A stretch of DNA of 64,000 nt. Source: Malacoraja senta (taxonomy: Eukaryota). Shown piece by piece: positions 37,745-50,484 of the stretch (the stretch's first letter is position 1; the number at the start of each line of letters is the position of its first letter). Under the pieces are notes generated by a model, which saw nothing but the letters and a program-made list of their open reading frames with translations, did not search any database and was not told the DNA's origin. Position numbers and translations under genes: made by a program. Location of the stretch: the NCBI GenBank assembly GCA_038087875.1, contig CM075989.1, positions 18,230,001-18,294,000 of the forward strand. The letters are read 5' to 3'.

Positions 37745-38581
37745 CTAGACTAAGTGGGCACCATGTTCACACGGGAGGGCTGGTCCCCCAATGCAATATT
37801 CCACCTCTTCACCAATTCCAATATTGGTGGCCAGTGCGTTGGGGGGGGGGGGGGCTTTCTGGAGCACTAGTATAGGTGTTGTGGGCTGGTTTCCAGAAGG
37901 CTAGTATGGACATTGTGGGCCGAATGGATTCTCGGGCTGGCAGTTCACTCAGGCGTGGTGGGCTGGCAGTTCACTCACGGCTATTCCTTGAAATTCCATT
38001 TCAAGCAGAGTGCAGGCCACCAAATTCATTTCATACCATTTCAAGCAGAGAGCAGGTCACCAAATTCAAATGCAATTTCATACCATTTCAAGCAGAGTGC
38101 AGGCCACCAAATTCATTTCATACCATTTCATCAGAGTGCAGGGCACCAAATTCATTTCATACCATTTCAAGCAGAGTGCAGGCCACCAAATTCAAATGTA
38201 ATTTTATACCATTTCAAGCAGAGTGCAGGCCAACAAATTCAAATGCAATTTCATACCATTTCAAGCAGAGTGCAGGCCACCAAATTCAAATGCAATTTCA
38301 TACCATTTGGGCTTTATACTCCTGGCCCCCCGGAAGGTGCGTTACGTTCATCGTGGTGATTGACAGGTGAGAGGACCAATCAGCTGATCTCAAGATTTTT
38401 TAAAACATTCATAACTTTTTTATTTTTCGTTGATCGGAAAAATCTTCGGGGCTGCCTCAGCAGAGGAGGACTGTGAGTAAGATGGCCAAGAATCATAGCG
38501 ATATACGGTAGCGTTTTTTCTAAAATCAATATATAGCGCAGACAGGAAGTGGTCAAGATGAGACTTTTAGTTCTCTATAGA
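37745..38581 (-). mobile_element. Non-autonomous Helitron
   Basis: Minus-strand termini 5'-TC and CTAG-3', inserted between A and T with no TSD. Removing it restores CR1 codons TTT ACA ATA TAT ATT AAC GAT (FTIYIND). Confidence 0.85.
37996..38308. repeat. Minisatellite of 40/47-bp units (~7 copies) inside the Helitron
   Basis: ccatttcaagcagagtgcaggccaccaaattc(aaatgca)atttcata. Confidence 0.9.
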
Positions 38582-39593
38582 TTAACGATTTAGATGAGGG
38601 AATTAAATGTGACACCTCCAAGTTTGCGGATGACACAAAGCTGGGTGGCAGTGTGAGCTGCGATGAGGATGCTATGAGGCTGCAGGGTGACTTGGATAGG
38701 TTGGGTGAGTGGGCAGATGCAGTATAATGTGGATAAATGTGAGATTATCCACTTTGGTGGCAAGAACAGGAAGCAGATGGTGTCAGATTAGGAAAATGGG
38801 AGGTGCAACGAGACCTGGGGATGCTTGTACATCAGTCACTGAAAGTAAGCATGCAGGTACAGTAGGCAGTGAAGAAAGCCAATGGCACGTTAGCCTTAAA
38901 AACAGGAACAGGGTACTGATTTTAGATGATCAGCCATGATCATATTGAATGGGCCAAATGGCCTACACCAGCACCTATTTTTCGATGTGTCTATGTTGTC
39001 TTGTCTACCTTATTAATATTTTATACAAAGGACCAAGAGGCAAAGCTGTGAATTATTGATGCCTTTGTGAACATTACCACAATGGGCCAGCCTGTTATTG
39101 CTTCGTATTTTGCATTCCTTGCCATCACTCGCAATACCGCAAAAAGATTCTCGTGTTATGCAGCAGCTCACAGAGCTCTTTCCCTTCAGTGGCTCCAAGT
39201 TCGGAGGAAGTGAAATGCAAGCAATAGGTCTGATTTGAGTCTGTTTACATCGATTCAGGTCTCACGCAAATCATTCTGTGCCGCACGCAACAAAAAATAA
39301 CAAACTTAGGAAGGCAAAGTGCCAGAGTCAAAATGTCTCCAGTCTCTTCCCTGACCTCTTTGTGAACTTATCTACCCTTCACAGTGTTTAGATTTGGGAA
39401 CCTAGTGGAAGAATAATACATTCCTGCTTCACATAGTGAATCAGTATACAGTACCAAAGCAGGCCCTTCAGCCCCAGTCTTCGATGCTGTCCTAAACCCC
39501 CCATCTAAGCTAGTTCCATTCATCCATCTTATGATGTTGACTGTAATATGGACTGTCCCCAAGACAGCTCCATTAATGCTCCCAAATCCTCAT

Positions 39594-39876
39594 GTTTAGT
39601 TTAGTTTAGAGATACAGCTCGGAAACAGGCCCTCATGCCCACCAGCGATCCCCGCACATTAACACGATTCTACACACACTAGGGACAATATTTTTACATT
39701 TACCAAGCCAATTTACCTACATACCTGTACCTCTTTGGCATGTGGGAGGAAACCGAAGAACTCGGAGAAAACCCACGCGGTCACGTGGAGAACGTACAAG
39801 CTCCGTAGTCAGGATCGAACCCGGGTCTCCGGCGCTGCGAGGCAGCAACTCTACCGCTGCGCCACCGTGTCGCCCC
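39594..39876 (-). mobile_element. HE1-like SINE
   Basis: Match to the family with small deletions. Confidence 0.9.
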
Positions 39877-40999
39877 AGAGTCTTTACATCGGTAAAAACT
39901 AAGGAGAAATATCCATTGAGGACCTTTCACATCTCCTGTGGTTCCTCCAGCACGTCATGTTCATCTCAGGTAATAGGTAGATACAGTTGAGGTGGGTTAT
40001 GGCTGAGGTTGGGTGCCCTATCCACATGTGTCCTATTCCTCACCAGGGCCCTGACAGGGTGTTGAGTGGATTCTTGTTCTTACTTTGCCAGCAGTAGTCT
40101 TTATCAGTAGACTTTAATGAGGGGGGGGTGGTGTATGATTTATTTGCAACTTAAACTTATTCTTACTACTCTGATGGTCTGTTGTCAGTCAGCCTTATAC
40201 TCAGTGACAAATCGCCAGTTGGAATCTCCCATGCTGTAAATCCTACACAGACATTGAGCCAAACCACAAGCCTCCCATTAACACAGGTGTGAGAAAAGGT
40301 GTCATCGAGAAGGATTGTCAAAAGTAGATAATGTTTAGGAAGGAACTGCAGATGCTGGTTCAAATTGAAGATAGACACAAAGTGCTGGAATAACTCAGCG
40401 GGACAAACGGCATCTCCGGAGGGAAGGAATGGGTGACTTTACGGGTCGAGACCCTTCTTCAGACCTAGATAGTCTATTCCACCTAAATTAAATGGCGTCG
40501 CACGACTGGGACCGTGCAATGGACCTCCTGACAGTAGGGGGCGAAACTCAAGAACAGATCTGTTTGACTGGTTTCAAACAAGTGCGGAAGAACGAGGACG
40601 GTGGTGAGATTTTAATTACTCCAACATTATCTGAGATACAATCAGTATGAAAAGATACAGAGAGCACAGGATTATTAAACTTTAATCAGGCAAACATTTG
40701 GCTATTACCCTTGTCGCAGGACGGTGAATCTGTGGGATTCGTTGCCACAGAAGGTCGTGGAGGCCAAGTCAATGGATATATTCTTAAGGCAGAGACAGGA
40801 TAGATTCTTGATTAGTACGGGTGTCAGGGGTTATGGGGAGAAGACACGAGAACAGAGTTGAGAGGGAAACATAGAAGATAGATCAGCCATGATTGAATGG
40901 CAGAGTAGATTTGATGGGCCGAATGGCCTAATTCTACTCCTATCACTTATGAACTGACAGCAAGCCCAGTAGGACAGAAGGCATCTATCCCCAATATAT

Positions 41000-41965
41000 C
41001 CCAAGCCACTACAGGTGCAAGGGAGGAAATTGTGGAAGGTCAGACCTTTGAATCGTCCTTGCTATGGGAACAGTGCTGGAGAATTAGAGAATTGCTAACC
41101 TTGTTCTTTTTGTTTCGAAAAGGAAGTAATGATAAATAATGTAAAGGGACAGTTAGTTTAAATTTGGTTGCAAGGAAATTAACAGCATCAATTCTCAGGC
41201 ACGACAATATATCTTAATTTAGAAAGGCAACCGATTAATCAAGTTACAGCATTAAGCAGTTAAGATTTAGGATCAGGACTGACTTGGATTGGATTTAATT
41301 TGATTTGAGGAGGTGCCAAGGGCGCTGGAGGAGGCTGATGTGGTCAACATGGGGTTTTGCGAGGCATCATCGGTCATGGTTCCAGAGGTTCAGCAGCTGG
41401 AATAAGTAAAGCCCATGAGATCACGGGGAGAGAGGCCAACTGGATTCACACCTGGCTCAGGGCCCAGACTCCGAGGGTAGTGACAGACAGATGTTTTTGC
41501 AACTGGAAGATTGTTGCCAATGGAGCTCCGCAGCGTTCCATGCCCAATCTTGTTCCTTTGTTTACGGAAGGCAATTGGGACGAACCACGACATTATGGAA
41601 CGGTGAACCTCATGTTAGTGGTAGGGGAAAATTATTGGCAAAGGTTCTCAGGGATAGATTCACACACATTGGAAAAGCATGGACTTATTCGGAATGTGTA
41701 GGAAGGAACTGCAGATGCTGGTTTACACCGAAGATAGACACACTTAAAGCTGGACAGGCAGCATCTCTGGAGAGATGACTTTTCGGGTCGAGACCCTTCT
41801 TCAGACCGAGAGTCAGGGGAGAGGGATCCAGAGATATAGATGGGGTAAGGTGCAGTCAGTGTGGCTTTGTCTTACAAACCCAATTGCGTCTTTTTACGAG
41901 GCAACAAAGATGATTGATGAGTTTAGGGTAGTGGATGTTTGTATACATACACTTTTAGTAAAGCA
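41000..41965 (+). pseudogene. Highly decayed CR1 RT remnants
   Basis: Traces of ANVVPLF, CLTN.I.F.EE and VDV motifs with many indels. Confidence 0.55.
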
Positions 41966-42391
41966 TTCACCATAGAAACATAGAAAAATAGGTGCAGGAG
42001 TAGGCCATTCGGCCCTTTGAGCCAGCACCTCGCCATTCCATATGATCATGGCTGATCATCTAAAATCAGTACTCATTTCTGCTTTCTCCCCATATCCCTT
42101 GATTCCTTTATCCCTAAGAACTAAATCTAATTCTCTCTTGTAAACATCCAATGTATTGTCCTCCACTGCCTTCCATGGCAGATAATTCCACAGATTCACA
42201 ACTATCTCTGAGTGAAAAAGCTTTCCCTCAACATGGTCCCCTGTGGAAGGTGGATCCAGAAGGATCCATAAGGATCTAAAGATCAGCTGGAACTATTGAT
42301 CAAGAAATGGCTGATTACATTTAAACCTGATGAGTGTGAGGTGTTAGAAATCCTCAATGAAAGTATTGAGAAATGGCAGGGCTCTTAGGAG

Positions 42392-42650
42392 TAGGGTGGC
42401 ACAACTGGTAGAGCAGCTGCCTCACATCGCCAGAGACCCCGTGTTTGATCCTGACCTCTGCGTGGAGTTTGCACGTTATTCCTATGACAGCACGGGACTC
42501 CTCCATGTGCTCTGATTTCCTCCTACATCCCTAAGAAGTGCGGGTTTGTAGGTTAATTGGCCTCTGTAAAAATCACCCCTAACGTGTAGGGAAGGGTTGA
42601 GAATGTGGGATAACATAGAACCAGCGTGAAAGGGGAGTTGATGATCGGTG
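42392..42650 (+). mobile_element. HE1-like SINE, older subfamily
   Basis: Diverged head and core. Confidence 0.75.
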
Positions 42651-42727
42651 AATTTCGGTTCAATAGAAATTCATAGTTCACATAAATGGAGGCAACAAAT
42701 TCCATGCAGTATTGCTAAGCTAAACTA

Positions 42728-43021
42728 ATTTAGTTTAGTATAGAGATATAGGGTGGAAACGGGCCCTTCGGCTCACCGAGCTCGCACACACCACTTACAC
42801 AAGCCTACACACAATAGGGACAATTTACAATGACACCAAGCCAATTAAACTACAAACCTGTACGTCTTTGGAGTGTGGGAAACCAGAGCACCCGGAGAAA
42901 ACCCACGCAGGTCACAGGGAGAACATACAAACTCCGTACAGACAGCACCTGTAGTCAGGATCGAACCCAGGTCTCTGGCGCTGTAAGGCAGCAACTCTAC
43001 CGCTGCACCACAGTGCCGCCC
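42728..43021 (-). mobile_element. HE1-like SINE
   Basis: Match to the family. Confidence 0.9.
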
Positions 43022-43279
43022 TTGTTGTGCCTTTCCTTGGTAAAGCAGCATCCACAGTTCCTTGTTTCTACATTAGGTGATAGAGGGATCATGGACCATG
43101 GGGGATTAGTTCAAATTGGCACCATGGCTGTCACAGACCTCGTGGGCTGAAGGGGCTGTTCCTCTACTGCACTGTTCTATGCACGTGTGTGCAGTGAGGG
43201 AGGGCAGCTACGTTGCAGCTTCTACCACTTGTCTCAAAGTAGTCTCCTTTGCCCCAGATCCAAGTGCACAGTGTCTTAC

Positions 43280-43325
43280 CTGGATGTTTACCTTCTGGCA
43301 AAAAATACTCCTGGCATCACCTCGT
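43280..43325 (-). CDS. Candidate internal exon (46 nt) of an unidentified host gene; encodes (x)RGDARSIFCQKVNIQ
   Basis: Minus strand reads gcttcttcttttcacttgcag|ACGAGG...ATCCAG|gtaaga: strong polypyrimidine acceptor and consensus donor in non-repeat DNA. Only one frame is open, and it ends in phase 0. Confidence 0.65.
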
Positions 43326-44542
43326 CTGCAAGTGAAAAGAAGAAGCAATGATAAATAAGGTGAAGTAATTCCCACCTGAGAGCAGAACCATCTTGCTGTT
43401 CAGGAAGTCAGCGACACAGTAATGTTGTAACAAACAAGTTATCGATGTCGAGGACATATTATGGATCATTGGTAGCCATGGGGGCATTCTGTACACAAAA
43501 CAACTGTTGTAAACTATCGCAACGTTTCAGAACCATTTGGACAGGTACATGGATGGGACAGGTTCAGAGGGATATGGGCCAAATGTAGGCAGGTGGGACC
43601 AATGTAGATGGGTCATGTTGGCCGGTGTGGGTAAGTTGGGCCCACGACTCTATCAGGAGGGGAGAGATGGCGCTGACCGGATGTAAATGCTTTACCGCCT
43701 CAAGGAGCCAAATAAGAGTGAGACACAGACGGAAAGCTGCTCAAGAGCGAGAATCCATACGCAAGGCAATCCAGGGATGTTATGGTAAGATTCATTTTTT
43801 GCATTTTCAAAGAGAATACAGGGGCAGATATAACACATCTGGAGGACGCACCTGGAGGATTGTGCACAGCAGATTATTAAAGAAGGGGCAAAAGCAAAGT
43901 GCTGGTGGAAATCATTGGGTCAGGCAGCATCTGGACTGATGATATTTTGGGTCAATTCCCTTCTTCAGACTGAATGCCCATCAGTCTCTGCAGATTCAGT
44001 TTGAAGAAGGGTCTTGAACCGAGACGTCTGTCCGTTCACTCCACAGATGCTGACTGGCCCAATTTTCTTCCAGCACTTTGTGTTTTTGCTTTGGATTCCA
44101 GCATCCGCACATTCTTGCGTCTCCATCAAAGTAGAGCTATTCACGAGGTTGGACCGATTTCCCAGAGTTGGTCAGTTGGGAGAGATTGGCAAGCTGGGAC
44201 TTTTTTCCTTGGAGCGCAGGAGGAGGCTGAGGATGAGTGATCTTATAGAGGTGTATGCAATGAGGAGGGATATTGATAGGGTGAACGCACAGTCTTTTAC
44301 CCAGGGTAGAGGAAATTCAGAACCAGAGGACATAGGTTTAAGGTGAGAGAGAAAAGATTTAATAGGGACCTGAGGGGCAACCTTTTCACTCAGAGGGTGG
44401 GGGGTATATGGAACGAGCTGCCTGGCAAGATAGTTGAAGCAGATACTTAAACACACTTAAACATGACAGCATTTAAAAGACAATTGGACAGATACATGGA
44501 CGGGAAAGGTTTAGAGGGATATGGACCAAATGCAGGCAGACC

Positions 44543-45146
44543 TTTGGCCTGAGATTCATAATTTTTGTATTGCAAAGATCCCCTTTTATTCTTTATTTTA
44601 CTGTTGAATTATGTAACGAAAGAACTGTAATTCTTTACAGAGAATAAGAAGCTTATTCTTATGAGCTTAGATGGGGGCAACTAGCTTGGCATGGATGAGT
44701 TGGGCCGAAGGGCCTGTTTCTGAGCTGTATGATTCTATATTTTCTTCAATCAATTCAAGCCTAAGTCTGTTTCTTAATATTTCAGGATATGAAACAGAAA
44801 CCGGGAGAGCAGAGCAGCAGCAGCAGCAGATTTTAAATCTGCTGCTGCTGCTGCCTCTGCTCTCCCGGTTTCTGTTTCATATCCTGAAATATTAAGAAAC
44901 AGATTAGGCTTGACTTGATTGAAGAAATACTAGAAATCTTACAGCTCAGAAACAGGCCCTTCAGGCCCAACTCATTCCATGCCAAGCTAGTTGCCCCCAT
45001 CTAAGCTCATAAGAATAAGCTTTTATTCTCTGTAAATCTATTTTATTGCGAGGAGTTCTTTCGTTACATAATTCACTGGGATTTTTACAGCAAAATAAAG
45101 AATAAAAGGATATCTTTGCAATTCCAAATCATGAACCTTGGGTCAA
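44543..45146. repeat. Long palindrome, 1-nt spacer at 44834
   Basis: ...gagcagcagcagcagcagattt t aaatctgctgctgctgctgc...; arms pair for about 300 bp each. Confidence 0.92.
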
Positions 45147-45263
45147 TAGAAATTCATAGCTCGGTGAAAGTGGCTACATGATAGAATAGGGTGGTAAAGG
45201 GGGCAAACAGCTTGCTTGCCTTCATCAGTCACAGCACTGAGTGTATAAGTTGGCAAGTCTTTC

Positions 45264-45560
45264 ACTTTAGTTTAGTTTATAGAGACAGCTCGGAAACAGG
45301 CCCTTCGGCCCACCGAGTCTACGTCGACCAGCGATCCCCGTTTATATAACACTACACATTAGGGACAATTTACAATTTTTACCAAAGTCAATTAACCTGC
45401 AAACCTGCACGTCTTTGGAGTGTGGAGGAAACTGGAGCATCCGGAGAAAACCCACGCAGGTCATGGGGAGAAGGTACAAACTCCATACAGACAACAACCA
45501 TAGTCAGGATCGAACCCAGGTCGCTGGTGCTGCAAGGCAGCAACTCTACCGCTGTGCCGT
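45264..45560 (-). mobile_element. HE1-like SINE
   Basis: Match to the family. Confidence 0.9.
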
Positions 45561-45862
45561 TTATATAGCAGTCTCTTTGCAGCTGTATAAAACTTTGGTT
45601 AACTACATTTGGAGTCTTGTGAGCTGTTCTGGCTGCCACGCTATAGGAATGATGTGGAGGCTTTGGAGAGGGTGCAGAAGAGGTTCACCTGGATTTTGCC
45701 TGGAATGGATTGTATTAGCTATGAGGAGAGGTTGGACAAATTTAATCATTTTATTGGAAAATGGACCACCAACTATTAAAAGCATTACAGCAACAAGACA
45801 GCAAGTCCACATACAGTGGCTTCTGTGTCTGAAGTCACAATGCAGTTGGAATAGTCTGCTGA

Positions 45863-45960
45863 CTCTCTCACTCCCTCTCCCTCTCCCTCTCCCTCTCCCT
45901 CTCTCTCTCTCTCTCCCTCTCCCTCTCTCTCTCTCTCTCCCTCTCCCTCTCTCTCTCTCT
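45863..45960. repeat. (CT)n/(CCCTCT)n microsatellite
   Basis: Direct observation. Confidence 0.95.
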
Positions 45961-46147
45961 GTCTGAATACTGGGAAATGAACAGCAGTTTAGTAATTTCT
46001 TAGTATAATGCTTTCAACAAACAATAAATGACACCAGTTAAAGGACTGCATTACACTGACTGCAAGTGTCTCGTTATTGAGATGTAAAAGCCAGCGTGCA
46101 GTGTTACCGTAATCTTTGCTGTCAACAGTGCAGAGGTGTTGCGGTTA

Positions 46148-46431
46148 CTTTAGAGATACAGTGCGGAAACAAACTCTACGGCTCACTGGGTCCGCGCCGA
46201 CCAGTGATCTGCCTCGGACACTAGCACTATCCTGCACAGTAGGGACAATTTACAGAAGCCAATTAACCTACAATCCTGTCCGTCTTTGGAGTGTGGGAGG
46301 AAACTGGAACACCCGGAGAAAAGATGCGGTCACATGGAGAACGTACAAACTCCGTACAGACAGCACCCGTGATCAGGATCGAACCCGGGTCTCTGCCGCT
46401 GTAACTCTACCGCTGCACCACTGTGCTGCCC
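46148..46431 (-). mobile_element. HE1-like SINE
   Basis: Match to the family. Confidence 0.85.
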
Positions 46432-47628
46432 TTTTACTATTCAAATGAAATCAACCAAATTAATCTCTGGGAATAAATCTGAACGTGAATAACAATTTAG
46501 ATTCATATTTCATTTGGAAGCAAAGGCAAATTGAACCTTGACCTACTTTTTTTCCCTGCCATATTGTTGTGAAACCTGTTGGGAAATGGTGACAACACCT
46601 CACGTGCTGGAGGAACTCTGCGGGTCAGGCAGCATCTGCGGAGGGAATCGATTACAAATAGCCATTGAAGGGGCAGTGTCGAGGACAGAAGGGAATGTCG
46701 GCAACATGATGCCAATCTCTCGCCAAAAGTGGCCACACACGGCTACTGTATTTATGGTTGTGTCCCAAAGTCCAATGGCACCTTTAGGGCCAGGAGACCG
46801 TGAACCAAGAACAACAGGCGGTGTGAGTAAGTGGATAGCGCCTCTCATCTACAGACCATTTGGCAGGAACTTCACCTGCATGTCGAGCGACAGAATATAA
46901 ACCGGCCAGTCTAACTGAGTAGAGGTTTACTGTTCAAGCAGCAACAAGTATTGAAATGCCCAAAAACGTTGCATTGAAAAGTCTTGTAACCCGATTCCTC
47001 CACCCCCTTATATTAATCATGATTTTGAGGCTACAAGGTCATAAATCTGGCGCAGAGAGCAAAACTCGCAGAGCTCCATTTCCCGTTCATTTAAATGGCA
47101 AACGGAGCACTTTGATTTTAAATGCAGCCCTTGGAAACTGTCCAGAACATTTTTTTTCTTTCTTGGCCACATCTACATTCTGGCCATGGTCTCAATCTTG
47201 TCAAGCTTCCTTTACTAGCTTTGCATTCTCTACTGCACATAAGCTGACGGTATTATTGAAATAACAGAGTCGGCTGCTGGCAACAAGCATTTAGGGAATA
47301 GTCTTGCATCGCGGTTTTAAGTTTCAGCGATCTTGCAGCATCTTCAATGCACACGGCCATCTCTGTGGAATTCATTGCTCCAGACGGCTGTGGAGGCCAA
47401 GTCAATAGATATTTTTTAAGGTGGAGATTGACCAATTCTTGATTAGTACGGGTGTCGGGAGTTATGGGGAGGAGGCAGGAGAATGGGATCGAGAGGGAAA
47501 GATACATCAGCCATGATTGAATGGCGGAGTAGACTTGATGGGCCGAATGGCCACATTAGAGAAACTGCTGCAATTACTGACTGGTTGCAAGCCAACAAAC
47601 TCTTTAACGGATCTGAATGGAATCTGAA

Positions 47629-47745
47629 GTCTGAAGAAGGGACTCGACTCGAAACGTCACCCATTCCTTCTCTCCCCCATGAGTAATTCCAGCATTTTGT
47701 GTTTACCTTCCATTTGAACCAGCATCTGCAGTTCTTTCCTGCACA
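47629..47745 (+). mobile_element. Penelope-derived element with hammerhead motif (47629-47661)
   Basis: gtctgaagaagggactcgactcgaaacgtcacc. Confidence 0.7.
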
Positions 47746-48095
47746 AACTCTTTCACGAACCAAACTAGCACTAAAGCTCAGAGGTTTGTGCGATAACCCC
47801 CACTGACTGAATTAGCACGCAACAAAGAAAGCTTTTTACCGGACCTCGGTGCATGCAGCGATAAACTAATCTACCAACATGCAGTGATTCATGCTACTCT
47901 CTGCAGCTTGCAAAATATCTCAATCTACTTGGTCTTTGATGAGACTGGTGGGCTCCATCTGCATCCAGTCTTTGAGATATAATTTCCTCCTCGGACAGTT
48001 CCTTCCCAGCTGTTATCAGGCAACCGAACCATCCTAACACCAACTAGAGAGCCGTCCTGAGCTACTATCTACCTCATTGGAGATCCTCGAACCAT

Positions 48096-48234
48096 TTTTC
48101 TTCTTCTTGCGTATGGCGTGCACAGCCTAAAGTTGAAAGACAACTTGTTCTGTTTGATCTTTTGTTTGTGCACGCCAGGTTGATTGCATTCGTTGAAACA
48201 GGGTGGACCACGTGAAGGTTGCAATCTCCCACAC
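48096..48234 (-). mobile_element. Short non-LTR 3' end with (AAG)n tail (Vingi/RTE-like) inserted in a Rex 3' UTR
   Basis: 8-bp TSD CGAACCAT; minus strand ends ccatacgcaagaagaagaaaa. Confidence 0.55.
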
Positions 48235-50182
48235 CGAACCATCTTTCATCGGATTTTATTGGGCTTTGTCTTGCACTAAACATTATACCCTTCATCCTGC
48301 ATCTGTACACTGAACAGCCCGATTGTAATCACGTATCGTCTCTTCGCCGACTAAAGAGCAGGCAACAAAAAGCTTTTCATTGTACCTGGCTACACGCGAC
48401 GATAAATAAACGACCTCTAATTCATTGCTTGCCAGGTGCGTTGACGCACCGAGGATGTGTAAAGCCGTTATACAAATGCAAATACTACTTTGGTTTTTAG
48501 CACAAAACCAACTTTCAGCCTCAGATTTTTTGCTGTGGGGCATTTGGTACTTTCCTCACACAGAAGCAGGAAACCGATGCAAATTGGATGTGATTACACG
48601 CAGAAATACCACCAGCGGTAAACACAAACACAAACAAAACCACCAGTGATCCCAGCTCACTGCTGTGGAATCGTGAGTAGCACAGAATGTGTTTGGAGGC
48701 TACAGTGAAATGCTTCACGCCTTCTAGCTGGTACTTCTTCCTTTAGTAATGATGATTCTAGCAGTGCACACTCCAGTCGAGTGTTTATTGAAATGACAGA
48801 ATCTAATGTTAATTCAGTTATCGCCTCCAACAATAGACGCTAACATTTTGGAGTATAGCACTGATATTGTTTTCCCCAGTAGGTCTCTTGAAAATCCAGG
48901 GTTTATCATCAAATTAAATCGAATATTAAAATTAATTCTAAACTAGCTATCTAACCAGAAAATCTAAAATATTATATAGAGTTAAAATCCCAGACCCACA
49001 GTATATACTTTATAAACATTTTAATTCTCTGAGCGAGAACTATATGTATGTAGTTTGTTTGTGCTATTCTTATACAAATGTAAAGCACTTTGGCCAATGA
49101 GAGTTGTTTTTTAAATGTGCTATATAAATAAATGTGACTTGACTTGACTTGATTCAGTCTCAAATGCCAAGCAACAGTTATTAGAAAAGTAAGCTTCCAG
49201 CAATATATATTTTTTCTTAATTTATTAAGGATCGATAATCTCAAAGCGACTACTCTGGAGAAGAACGATCAAAAGCAACATGTTTTACGCTCTGCGTGTC
49301 GATTCAACCTTGCGGCCTTTATGTTTGAGGAATTATCCTCCACCTTTACTTCGCTGTTCCGAAGCACCCTGAGAGTTGTGGATCTGTGGAATTCTCTGCC
49401 GCAGAAGGCAGTGGAGGCCAATTCACTGGATGTTTTCAAGAAAGAGTTGGATATAGCTCTTAGGGCTAACGGAATCAAGGGATATGGGGAGAAAGCAAGA
49501 ACGGGGTACTGATTTTGGATGATCAGCCGTGATCACATTGAATGGCGGTGCTGGCTCGAAGGGCCGAATGGCCTGCACATGCACCTATTTTCTATCTTTC
49601 TGTTTCTATAAAAGCTGCTCCTGCAGATTGCTGCAGCCAATCTGTTCTCCTGCTGCTGTTACTGAAACCCATTTGGAACTGATGCAGTCCAGTTAACATT
49701 CTGTTATTACTGCCGCAGAAAGTAAAATGAAAGGTCAGGAGCTGTGGTTACGTCTCTCTGTTCTAAATTTACACCCCTAAGGCACCCCACATATATAATC
49801 ATAATCAATGGAGGGCCCAGGTCTATTATTACAAATGAAAGCAGACACCTCAAATGGATTAAGCATCAAGTATCTTGTGTTCTTTACACAAAGGTGGGTT
49901 TTTTAAGCTTCATTATATACTCTTGTAGCAAGAAACCTTATTTACCAGCTGTCTCATCTTTTTCTTTTTTAAGGTGGGTTCAAAGAAATCAAACTTATCT
50001 GGAGAGGTGCTGAGGTTTTTTGCAAAAACCCAGCACACCTCATTACACCAGGGCTATTCCCTCTTGTTTAGGCCGACACAAGGTGCAGAGGAATTTCTTG
50101 CACAAAGGAAGAAGCCAAGGTTCGACAGACCCCTCCATGCTATCAGGGTGTTCCAAAGTGTCTACGGCTTTAGGCTTGAGAC

Positions 50183-50484
50183 TTGAGAGATACAGAGCAG
50201 AAACAGGCCCTTCGGCCCACCAACTCCGCACCGACCAGCGATCACCCTGTACGCTAGCACCATCTTACACACTGGGGAAAATTTACAATTTTACCGAAGC
50301 CCAATTAACCTACAAACCTGCACCTCTTCAGAGTGTGGGAGGAAACCGGAGCACCCGGAGAAAACCCACGCGGTCACCTGGAAAACGTGAAAACTCCGTA
50401 CAAGCAGGACCCGCAGTCAGGATCGAACCAGGTTCTCTGGTGTTGTAAGGCAGCAACTCTACCGCTGAGCCACCGTGTTGCCCC
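50183..50484 (-). mobile_element. HE1-like SINE
   Basis: Match to the family. Confidence 0.9.

Larger units (their letters stand above)
37058..38995 (+). pseudogene. Degenerate CR1 RT fragment interrupted by a Helitron
   Basis: KSPGPDG, KSCLTNLL, DLQKAFDKVPH, GVPQGSVLGP, FADD; several stops. Confidence 0.9.

Noticed and set aside
37996..38308. CRISPR-like array
   Set aside because: Units are contiguous with no unique spacers, the context is eukaryotic and there are no cas genes; it is a minisatellite in a Helitron.
40167..40242. Possible minus-strand exon with gtaaga donor
   Set aside because: Contains a stop in the phase required by the neighbouring exons; weak acceptor.
44671..44895. PolyQ ORF
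   Set aside because: By-product of the (CAG)n run at the palindrome centre.
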